A stretch of DNA of 64,000 nucleotides from Lytechinus pictus (lineage: Eukaryota). Of this stretch, positions 53,301-64,000 are shown piece by piece. Below the pieces are notes generated by a model, which made no database searches, was not told the DNA's origin, and saw only the letters and a list, made by a program, of their open reading frames with translations. A program made the translations under genes and the position numbers. The DNA lies in the NCBI RefSeq assembly GCF_037042905.1, contig NC_087251.1, forward strand, positions 10,356,001-10,420,000. The letters run 5' to 3'. Positions within the stretch are counted from its first letter, which is position 1. Every line of letters begins with the position of its first letter.

Positions 53301-54124
53301 GATTACGCAGAAACAGAAATCATGATAATGAATGATATTGTCAATAATATTGCTCAAACATTGTCTGAGGTGAAGTTCCTGTAGAGAGAGGGAATAATTG
53401 CACATTCTCCAACATTCCACCATCTCTGATAGGGAATTACTCAGAAAAAGTGGTCTCATTTTAAGAAATGTTTAACTTCAATTTGTGCCTACACGGGTTG
53501 ATATCGCATTCTGGATAGAAGGGAAGGATGGAATTTATTTGCTGAGATTGGAGTGCTTTCATCAAATGATCATTAAGGTAGAATAGGTGAATCACATGAA
53601 GTAAACTAGGCTTGACACTTGTCTTCTGACTGTCTACATATCCCACTTATCCTTGGATTTATTCTAGAAATTTCAACTGGTGTATTGTTTACAGACAAGT
53701 CAATCCCAATAAGACAGTTGACTTTAATAGAGAAAAACAAAACAAACAAAATTGGGATGTCAAATATGAAATCTATGGTATTTAACGTTCCAACCATTCG
53801 CAGAAAACAGTGACATACACCACACATAGATATGCAAATGAGAGAACTGATGACATACATATCCATGATCTATTATATGTACGACATATCAAATATTTCA
53901 ATTTTTCTTCAAAAATTGTTAAACATGGTTCAATCCTGTTTCTCTCACTGTTATGGTAACTCCCACAGGATTTTGGCAGGACAGCTATTCGCTGGTAAAC
54001 ACCAAGCTGGTTTATAACCAATTACATTGGAAAGATGTTACGTCTAAGTCAATCAGGCATAGAGACTGGCCTTTTAGATGACAGAAATTACTCTCGAGTC
54101 TTTTTATCAAAGTGGAGACAATGG

Positions 54125-54188
54125 CAGAGTGGGGATTTGAACTGACAACCTTACAAATATGAATTCAATGCTATGACCACTATACCAT
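54125..54188 (-). mobile_element. Degenerate tRNA-derived SINE head
   Basis: Reverse complement tggtatagtgg...gttcaaatccc (A and B boxes). Similar relics at ~48265-48306 and ~60700-60762. Confidence 0.5.
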
Positions 54189-54360
54189 ATGATCTCATAT
54201 AAATGTAAAATTACATCATTATCATAATTCATTGTAATCTGGTGGAGATCCTCTTGAATTCATCATGAAATTGATAAAAATTGATATTATTATACTTCCT
54301 ATGTTAGACTAGAAATGTAAAAGAACTGTTTGTGTGTGATATTATTTGCACACTGACAAG

Positions 54361-54509
54361 GGGCCTGTTTCATAAAGAACTTGCAACTGTTGTAACTTGC
54401 CATTATGGCAACTACCATGGTAACCTTGATTTTGATTGGCTGTTGAGCCCCGTTGCCATGGTAATTGCCATTATGGCAAAGTTAGAACAGTCCTTTACAA
54501 AACGGGCCC
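54361..54509. mobile_element. Short MITE (149 bp) with CCAAT/X-box core
   Basis: Imperfect TIR gggcctgtttcataaag / ctttacaaaacgggccc. Repeated tgccattatggcaa. tgattggct at 54433 and gttgccatggtaat at 54452. Confidence 0.8.
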
Positions 54510-55361
54510 AGGATGTGTACATGCAACTCTTTTGTGAAAATAGACAAAACCCAATTATCCCCTAACTTTCTCATTTCAGTTCTGATTTTTATGAAATTTT
54601 CAGTGCACTACTTATCTGATTCTCTGTTGGAGGAGAGTTTACCGTTACATCCTTAATTGATTATCAATTGATAATCAATCTTCTAAATATGTTATAAATT
54701 TCATTTGTGACCAGCCCCCCCCCCAAAAAAAAAAAAAAATCAACAATAAGATGTGAAAAAATGAATTTTGAGATTTTTATTGAGCATCAAATTGATACAT
54801 AAATTGTCAAAATTAATCAGCCATAACCCATATATTCAGTGAGTGTCAAAGAGTACGGATATATCAAGGTTTGAAGTTTGAGGTTCACTTGAGCATGAGC
54901 TGTGCACACTGTGCGATCTCAGTGAAACTTTCAAGAAATTTGGACAATCTATTGTCGAAGAACTGTTGTACGGTTTCTTATTAAACTTAAATACAACCTC
55001 AATTTTTTGAACTATGAAGAAGTAGAATTATTCCTTCAGATAAGCAAATTTTATGATTTTTGCATTAGCAAGCCCAAATTATTATTTTGGCTATTTACAT
55101 AGAACTTTCCGTTGTAACTTATTGTTAGTTTTGTGGTAGGTAGGTCACATTTATAATATTCACACAAGAGTAGAATGCATTAAGGGCAAAAGAAGAAAGA
55201 AAAAGAGAGAGGGAGAGAGAGAGAGGGGAGGGGTTACTGCAAAAGTGTAAATTTGTGCTGTCACTGCTGTGGTTTTATTTGTCATCAATTACGATCGTCC
55301 ATGTTACTAAAATAACACTTTTGTGCATTCCATAGCTGCTCCTGAATGTACTCGATTTTTA

Positions 55362-55780
55362 AGGCGACCGCACACCTTACGATTGGTCTCCGACCTGATT
55401 CTGGAATAAATAGTACTAGAATTTGATGCAAATATTGTGATATGAAATATCTAACAGTGTAATATTCTAAATCATCGTACAAATACCTATGTTCAAATCT
55501 GAGACTCAGCTATCATCCTTATTAGAACAAAATCAAATTTAATTTCTAGTCGTACTGACATCAGAGCAATCATATAATTGGCTACGATTTGAAACTATTT
55601 TGGACTTTTACTCCAAAATAAAGGCTGGTAATCATCTAAAATTGTTATATTAGTATTTTTTCAATTAATCTGCGTCTCAAATAAAAAGATACTTTACATT
55701 CACATTCTCAGAAAATGATCAAAATGCGATTTTGTTCTAAAATCAGAATGTAGATGAGTTGTAAAGTGTGTGAGGGCCCT
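55362..55780. mobile_element. Degenerate Harbinger-like MITE
   Basis: aggcgaccgcacaccttacga versus reverse complement of right end agggccctcacacactttacaa. TTA/TAA flanks. Confidence 0.5.
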
Positions 55781-56342
55781 TAACAGTTATGCGTATATAT
55801 CTGTATGATTGGATTCTGGCTTATATAGCTGGGCAATTCCATTAAATGATCAACCTTTTTGTACCTCCAACCCTCATTTTCTCAAGTCTTACTTTACTTC
55901 ATAAACTGACCAAGTCATGGTCCTTTGACAACATTACAGACTGTCAAAAGAACCAGAAATCAGAGACAGAAAATGTCATGAAGGTCCCACACATACGGGG
56001 TTGGACATGCGTATTTTATGGAATTGCCCAACTAACTATTGACTTCCTGTTCCTAACTAACAAGAGACTAATTATTAAGGTCTTCTAGGAATTTCTTGCA
56101 TTCCCTGAACTATTCTATCCGATGACTTAATAACCACCTCTGTATCATTCAACCTTGTGTATTGGATTACTTAAGATCAGAGGAGTAAGTGGGCGTGATT
56201 CTGCAAATGTCAGAGTTTTCTTTTTCTTTCATGTGTCACATTGTTGTACAACTTACAAAAAAGTATATGTGAGGCGTATGAATTACACATGTGTCCAGGT
56301 ATGTCGATATAAAAAACCAAAATCTGAAATTTCACCTATCAA

Positions 56343-57058
56343 AGGACACGTCCACCCCAACAAAAAGTTGATTTGAACAAATAGAGAAAAATCCAAGAAG
56401 CATAACACTAAAAATTTCATCAAAATTGGATGTAAAATAGGAAAGTTACGACATTTCAAAGTTTTGCTAAATTTCACAAAACAGTTATATGCATATCCTG
56501 GTCAGTATATGCAAATGAGGGGACTTAAGACGTCACTCACTCACTATTTCTTTTGTATTTCATTACATGAAATATGAAATATCTTATTTTCCTCCTCATT
56601 GGAAGGTGATATAAGTTTTCTTCCTCCATGAACATGTGGAATAACAATTTTATGGTTCCGTAAAACTGGTCCTTATTGTCAAATCTTTAAAAAATGGAAA
56701 TATTGTATAATTAAAAAAATAAATAACAAAAGAAATACATCACAGACTCTCTCATTTGCGTGTTGCCGGGTTGTGCATACACTGTAAAAAATGAAGTGCT
56801 AATTTAGCACTTACAGTGCTTGTATAGTGACTGCGCTACGAGTGCTCTAGTTTAAATTTGAACTAGAAAATCAGCACTCGTAGTGCAGTCACTATACAAG
56901 CACTGTAAGTGCTAAATTAGCACTTCATTTTTTACAGTGTCTAACTGTTTTGTGAAAAATAAGCAAAGCTTTTTAAAATGTCATAACTTTCAACGTTATT
57001 CTTGTTTGCTTTTTCTCTATTGATTCAAATCAACATTTTTCTGGGGTGGACTTAACCT
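56343..57058 (-). mobile_element. Kolobok-type non-autonomous element (family A), copy 3, opposite orientation
   Basis: tcaa|aggacacgtccacccc ... ggggtggacttaacct|ttaa. Interior is the reverse complement of copy 1. Carries a nested insertion. Confidence 0.88.
56780..56939. mobile_element. 160-bp palindromic MITE (CACTG...CAGTG)
   Basis: Two 67-bp arms differ at one position around a short, itself palindromic spacer. Flanks TA/TC fit a 2-bp TA TSD with one change. Confidence 0.93.
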
Positions 57059-58616
57059 TTAATTTATAATACCCAATTTTTCAGGATGGGTTACATATAT
57101 ATATAACCTGCATGTTGATTAACACAAATAAAAAAACAAAAAACTGTCAGTTATTAGGCTAGTTGAAATTCAATGAATCCATTATAATGAATATTGCATT
57201 CCATCATCACAAAAATTGTATCTACATTAAAATGAATTTTATAATGTCATCTGCATTTCAAAATGCAGAAACCATTGCTTGCTTACAATGAATTTCTCCT
57301 TTAGATCTGATTGGCAATTGTTCACAATTACATATCAAAGATAAATCATAAACACGTATTCATACAAAATAGCAAAGGGAAATTTTATGATATAAAGGGG
57401 GGGGGGGTATATGAAATGGTGAAGATGAATGTAATCCCACTTCAATGTTTCAATATTTTCAATAAACTCAATCTTGTGGCATTCCTGCAAAATATTTCAT
57501 TCAGAGTATAATCATTTAACATCATATAATTATGCTTAAGATGTCTCTCTAATGTCATAACTTGTCAAGAATGTAGTATTGTAACTGAACATCAAAGAAG
57601 CCTATATGTAAATTTGACCCTATACTGTCACTAATGATATACCCCAAAGTCTTTGTAAGTTTGACCTAATCATACTATTGATGATATTCTCAAATGCAAG
57701 ATTAATCAGGATTAATCAGACTATATTGTCACAATATCTACAGCCCATCAAGGCATAAATCATTTTAATGTATATATTTCCTCAGCAATTCAATAAAATC
57801 AAATTCACATTGTTTGCACTACTAATAAGCTGAACCATTTACCAAGATGTTCCATTTTTATTCATACTCATCAATAATATTTTAAGCTGTAATCAAATTT
57901 AAGCTGTAATTTAGTGTGATCACACATAATGTTTAAGGCTCTCCTTGTATTCCATTGTTAAAGAAAGTTTGCCTTCATAAAGAATTACATGAAAAGACTC
58001 ATTATTGGTTGTTTTTCTTTCTCCAGTTTTCCTCCATCTTTTGACTAACATCATTATCATTCTATGCTATTTCCTCTCCAATAATTTATAAAAAAAAGAA
58101 TCTTTATCATTATTTTCTTATCAACGTTTCCTGAATCCCTATCAAAAACGGGAAATTTCTGAGAAAGAAAAAAATAAAAGCAATAACAAGTTGACCAATA
58201 TCGGAAATGAGAACATCAAAATCAAAGTGATTTACTAACAAGCAATTTCCAACATGGAACCCCTGTCATGGTACCATACTATTCATTGCTAAGATCAGGT
58301 CAATTAATTGTCTATGTCTAGTGACATTTTAATCAATCTAGTATATCATTCTACATTCTCAAGACACACCTGTCAATTGGATTCAGTACATAAATCATCA
58401 CACGCAAATCTGATTTGAAAACGATAACTGGAAGCAGAAAATTGAAGTCTATGGGTTGAAAGAAAGAAAAAATTCTATACGATACAGGAGATTTTAGATA
58501 GGCACTAGCATAATAAAAAGATTGAAAATTAAATTGTTTCTTTTGAATCAAATTAAACTTATTTACTTATAGTTTACAAACAAAATTAGTACTATATTAA
58601 CTTACAGTAATACAAT

Positions 58617-59500
58617 AACAAGTGGAATGCCTCTGGCTGTCTCACCTGCATCACGCGATTCAATATAGCAGCAGTGCTGACTTTGAAAACTACTATAAAA
58701 CAATTATTCACAAAAAACACCATTCATATAATGATATAATACTACGTTCATTAACATTTGACCTTGATCATGTGACCTAAAACTTGTCAGTGATACTTGA
58801 TTACCCCTAGATCTATAAACTTTGAAAGTTATGACAGCAATCTAATAATTACCTCTAAAATGGCCAAAGTTCAATGACCTTAAATGACCTTTGACCTTGG
58901 TCATGTGACCTGAAACTCACACAAGATGTTCAGTGATACTTGGTTACTCTTATGTCCACGTTTTATGAACTAGACCAATACACTTACAGAGATATGATGG
59001 TAATTCAACAAATACCCCCAACATGGCCAAAGTTCATTGACCTTAAATGACCTTTGACCTTGGTCATGTGACCTGAAACTCGGATGGGATATTTAAAGAT
59101 ACTTGATTACTCTTATGGCCAAGTTTCATGAATTAGATCCATAAACTTTCAAAGTTATGATGGTAATTCAACAGATACCCCATTATGGCCAAAGTTCATT
59201 GACCTTTGACATTGGTCATGTGACCTGAAATTCGCACAGATGTTCAGTGATACTTGATTACTCTTATGTCCAAGTTTTATGAACTAGACCATTAAACTTT
59301 CAAAGTTATGATGGTAACTCAGGCAGAATGTTCAGTAATACTTGATTAACCTTATGGCCAAGTTTCATGAACTAGGTCCATATACTTTCTAAGTTATGCT
59401 GTCATTTCAAAAACTTAACTTAGGTTAAGATTTGGTGTTGACGCCGCCGCCGGAAAAGCGGCGCCTATAGTCTCACTCTGCTATGCAGGTGAGACAAAAA
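58617..59500 (+). mobile_element. Helentron-associated/pearl-like non-autonomous element with ~162-bp tandem array
   Basis: Perfect 14-bp subterminal IR tgtctcacctgcat (58638-58651) / atgcaggtgagaca (59483-59496). 3' hairpin gtctcac...gtgagac and (GCC)n. Repeat starts at 58862, 59025 and 59187. Confidence 0.85.
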
Positions 59501-61623
59501 CTAGTAACTTAAAAGCAATCCACAGCTGAAGAAAGATATGAATAAAATAAACAATTGAGAAAATGATTTTTTTGTTAATATATCCATCTTAAGAATAATA
59601 ACTGGGTTGATGAGAAAAATACTAAAATATTGCTGAATGTTCTAGTGTTCAACCGTTGAAGAGAAAACAGATGTCCCCTGAGTCCACAACTGCCCTCCAA
59701 TCAGTTGATGGTAGAATTTTAGCTGAGAATTTGATTTCAATACAAAATAGATAGATTAATCAAATCTTCAGAAATTAATTACTATCAACCTTTCCAATGT
59801 TTTGTGTCACTGCAATTTTCTGGGGCTTTCCTTAATTATACAATTTGTGAAAGTTTTTGTGCACAAGTTCCAAGCAGGCTGAAAATGACATGTGCAGGGG
59901 TATGATATGGCTGTGCACTTGCGTTTATAAAAACATGTGGCCACATGTAGAGTTTGTACGATGATGTGTCAAACTGCATGTTTTGCATGGTCCTGCATGC
60001 TTGATGATAAAGTTGCAGAGTTGTGCATGAACTTCAAGGGTTTTTCATAAAATTAGCCACAGGTCACATCTACTGAGGTGCACAGAAACTAAACTTAATT
60101 GACTGTAAATTACATTATCCTGCTATTGTGTGAGGTAAATCAAAATTACAGTACCACTACCGTCCAAAGATAAATAGTAAAATTAGCCGATTTGTTAACA
60201 AATCAAGATGAAAGAGTATGCGATGGAGAAAAATGAGACTGTAAACAAAAATACAGACAGACTGTATACGGTATTCCGTTTCTGAAATTTATACTGACAA
60301 TTGGAGGGAGAATAAAAAAAATATGGACAATAGTAACTGATGTACCGTAACACTTCAAGGTAGAGGGCAGCATATCATTTCTCTTGATAGGTGCCATGGA
60401 ACTCATTGATTGGAGTACACAATCAATTAAATTTCATATTCATATAAAACAAACCAATATAACTCGTGTTAAGAAGAGGCTGGCCTCAGAGCCACAATTT
60501 GCCTGCTTGACTGTGGCTTTGAATTGAAGTCACATGCATGTTGCGTGTAGAAAAAATTACAAGACTAATGATAGTGCTTCATCTACAAAGAATAATATAG
60601 CAACTTCAGTTTTGAAACTGTTCTAATGAGGGGCCCCCCAAAAAATGTATTATTATCATTATCTAACCTCACATCCACAACATATTGGTATGATTAAAAA
60701 TAGAATTGAACCCACAACCTGCCATTCATGAGAAGGGTGCTCAACACTGAGTCACCACGCCCTGGTGTTGATCTACTAGATATTAAGAATTAAACAGACA
60801 AAACTGTTGAACCTAGTTCAAATTTCACGGTGGATACTTCCTGCATTTCAGTTAAGACTATCTTCATCTTACCTTCTCATCTGCGGACTGCTTAAAGGAC
60901 AGGACAAATTTTATATGGCTTCCATGATCATTAGCAGACAAGATTCCTTCTGATATAAATCTGAGGATTATAAAAGTGATATGAAAATAGAACTGAATAA
61001 GGGCTTCATCATTAGAAGATATCCTTCATCCTAATTTTATGACGGTTTAATCATTAATTGATGGCTTGCAATGTGTACTCATGTAATCATGTCATGGTTC
61101 GCTATCGCATTCTGAGCAGTCATAAAAACGCATCCTCTACGAAGTACAGGGTCTACACTTTCTAATCACAAAAAGTCACAGTTCTGCGAATATGTGACAT
61201 GAGTCTTTACGTACTTTACCCATTTTTTAAAGAATTTAAAAATTGCAATCGCTTGTTAGTAAGACTAATCATGACGTCACACACCAAAATGCACCTGCAC
61301 AAAGATCGCAATGCATGTGTACAACAAAATATGCAAGTCTCACAAGCCTTTGTAGATATATTTATCCCTGATTAAATCTGAGGATTATAAAAGTGATATG
61401 AAAATAGAATTAAAAGATATTCCTTATACTACATTAATCTGAGGATAATAACAGTGACATGAATTAGAAATAGATGAGGGCTTCATTACTTCTTTTCATT
61501 TTCCACTAACAAACTTTCTAGTACTCATTTTTTTCCAGCTTGGGCAATCAAGATCACTGTTGCATGTGTATTTTGCTTAGAATATTGACCAGGAACCAAT
61601 CGTAATTGTCCTTTCATATTTAC

Positions 61624-62300
61624 TATTATTACCTATACGAAGTGTTTCTCCTTGGCAATCATTATCCATATTTTGCTTTCTCTGATTTCGCAGCGGTCAA
61701 TATCGTGCCGTATTTTCTCTCTTCCGGGTTTTCCCATTGACTTTGTGTGTAAATTTAACAGCGGGCAATATTCGCGAAATCCGGTTGGAACCAGTTTGTG
61801 AAGAGACCGCAGTTGTAGCGCAGCGCGGCTCTATACAGCGCAGCGCATAGTGCGATGCATGTCATGCACATAGACGTGAGAAAATGGCTACTTCTAAGAG
61901 ATTCGCTTGTTATGGTGCAGACGAATTTGAAAATATAGTGACAAAGACGCTGAAAATACCAAAAAGTCTATGAAACAGGCCGTTGCTGTATTCCGTGAGT
62001 ATCCGCTTGAAAAATCTATTCCGGGCGATTTCGAGACACTGGATAAAGAGACCCTTGGAAAGATTTTGGGGAAATTTTATGTGTCAAATTTTGGGGAAAT
62101 TTATCAACACAGATTTTGGGGATTTTTTAAAATCAATTTACTATATAGGTAATAATAATAGTATTAACTGGCATAGAATGAGATACAAACCTATATTTCC
62201 CTCTCTGAATCCAATATTGCCCAAGCCGAAGGCGCGGGCAATATTGGATTCACATAGGGCAATATAGGTTTGTATCTCATTCTATGCCAGTCAATATTAT
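61624..62300 (+). mobile_element. Crypton-like deletion derivative
   Basis: tattattacctata (61624-61637) is the exact reverse complement of 62144-62157. Terminal hairpin 62162-62222/62236-62296 with a GCCGAAGGC apex. Internal coding remnant. Confidence 0.8.
61884..62086 (+). pseudogene. N-terminal remnant of Crypton/DUF3504-type tyrosine recombinase
   Basis: MATSKRFACYGADEFENIV / (frameshift ~61940) DKDAENTKKSMKQAVAVFREYPLEKSIPGDFETLDKETLGKILGKFYVS. Fits the RF...NT.K...AV..F..Y.......L...L.KFY pattern recalled for Crypton, ZMYM and KCTD1-type proteins. No catalytic domain is present. Confidence 0.7.
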
Positions 62301-63735
62301 ATAATTAATCACATTCCTACCCCTTTGCCCCTATACACACACCCAGGGTCAGCTATTAATGTTCTATAGGTACTATGGAATACTTAAAACACAGCAACTC
62401 ATTACAAGTAAATCTATACAATTGTCTGTGATAATGACTATGTTCATAAGACAAGTCACAGCTCCCATCCACCAATTAATACATTACATGAATATCACAC
62501 TTATTCCATTGAAGATAAAGCAAAATCAGTTCAAGAAATAAGGAAACATATCCAGACGTTTAAATAAACAAAAATAATTTGTAGGCAAACTGCACACCAA
62601 CATGAGTTATAAGACTGACCTTAAATTCTCTTCATGATGTTAGTGTTTGAAGAGAGCAAAACTTAGGTTCCAAATTCAATGTTTGCAGAATTACCAGTAT
62701 TTCTTTTTAAGAAAAATCCATACCTTTCCATTACTTCAGAAAAAATAAATAAATTGACATATAATGAATGCTCCTTTTTGGTAGCTGGAAATGGGGCCTT
62801 TAATACCTTTGAATGTTCTTGTAAAATAATTGAGATTCTCCTGTCAATATCATTCTAGTCTGAGACGCTATATCATAAACATCTGTAAAGTATTATCAAT
62901 GCCTTCTATCTATAGGTTGATCAGAGGAACTATAACTGGGAGGAGGAACTCATGTCATATCTCATTGAATCATGTTCTGATTTACATGATGCACTCGACA
63001 GACATCAGAAAAAGAATAGTATAACACAATATAATTTCACTTCTATAAAAATGCATTTCCATCCATTAAAAAGTTTTATTACAACTTAAAAAAAAAAAAA
63101 TCCAAATACACAGGTCTTAATAAACAATTGAAGTTATCGGACGTAATGTGTAAAATACAAAATGGCAAAAATACCATCTAAATAGAATTTCACCTATGAT
63201 GTATTCTTCCATGTAATTTATTTTTTCTCTGATTTTTTGTCCAAAAGTGAAGGCAATGTAGACTAAGACTTTGGATATCAGCAGTAGATATCAACTAAGT
63301 ATAATTAGAGACCAACAACCAATTACTCATAATGAACCTCAGGAGATAGATAACAACTTCTGTACACATGTGACTTAATTCTATAATCAATCATCACATC
63401 TGCATGCAAGTAGACTTAACAAGACATCAGCACATGCAGCAAAGTAACGCACTGTGTCTACTTCATTTAAAAAGTCTATATTTCCCCCGATCTTTGGGTA
63501 TATAGAGCAAATCCCTTGGTATCAATTGAAATCATCACTCTTCTTTTCTCTTTCTCCTCTACTCCTTTAACTTCCATCACTTTCTTTCTTTTTAGGATGT
63601 TGTCTAACGCCCATACTTCTGAGTAGCGAGGCCGCTGGAAAAAACCCTTCTCCCAGAGTCTTTGTAACTGTGAGTCGGCCTGAGACCAAGGCCAGCAAAA
63701 TGTGGCCCAGGCTGGCCTTGAATACATCCCTGCAG

Positions 63736-64000
63736 TCTCTCTCTTTAAAATATCCTCCTCTCTTTCTCTCTCTCTCACCCCATCTCTCTCTTTCTTATCT
63801 CTCATGTTCTCTCTCTCTCTCCCTCTCCCTCTCTCCTTCAATCTCACAATATTGTCCCTCTCATTCCCATTTCCTATCTTTATTTTTTGTTTTCAATGGT
63901 GCCCCTCTCACTCTCATTCACATCTCCTATCTCTCATGTTCTTTTCTCTTTCCCCTTCTCCCTAATCTATTTTCCATCTCTCTCCTTCAATCTCATAATA
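63736..64000. repeat. CT-rich low-complexity tract
   Basis: (CT)n runs and a repeated ctctccttcaatctca. Confidence 0.85.

Noticed and set aside
63476..63965. 123-aa and 87-aa ORFs
   Set aside because: Largely derived from CT/GA low-complexity sequence. The GC-richer core (63600-63730) lacks clear splice signals.

Overview
AT-rich animal genomic DNA. The repeat families look like sea urchin/echinoid sequence, which is an inference. Most of the window is intron or intergenic sequence filled with transposon relics. One host gene is visible on the minus strand: a 190-codon first coding exon (9312-9881) with a signal peptide, an S/T-rich stalk and the start of a Cys-rich segment, plus candidate 5' exons, promoters and small downstream exons. 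The largest feature is a three-layer nest. A TTAA-flanked Kolobok-type MITE (17434-24239) is split by a near full-length, decayed Tx1/L1-clade LINE (17541-23723, 18-bp TSD), which is itself interrupted by a composite Harbinger-type MITE (20126-21311, TAA TSD). The most unusual signal is three unrelated elements (32112-33011, 49010-50352, 61624-62300) that share one architecture: an internal segment is the reverse complement of the joined right and left termini. One of them retains the N-terminus of a Crypton/DUF3504-like tyrosine-recombinase ORF. Also present are two Helentron/pearl-like tandem-repeat elements with arrays of DR1 motifs, tRNA-derived SINEs, many MITEs and microsatellites. No prokaryotic features, rRNA, true tRNA gene or CRISPR array were found. 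All calls were made by eye, without database searches.
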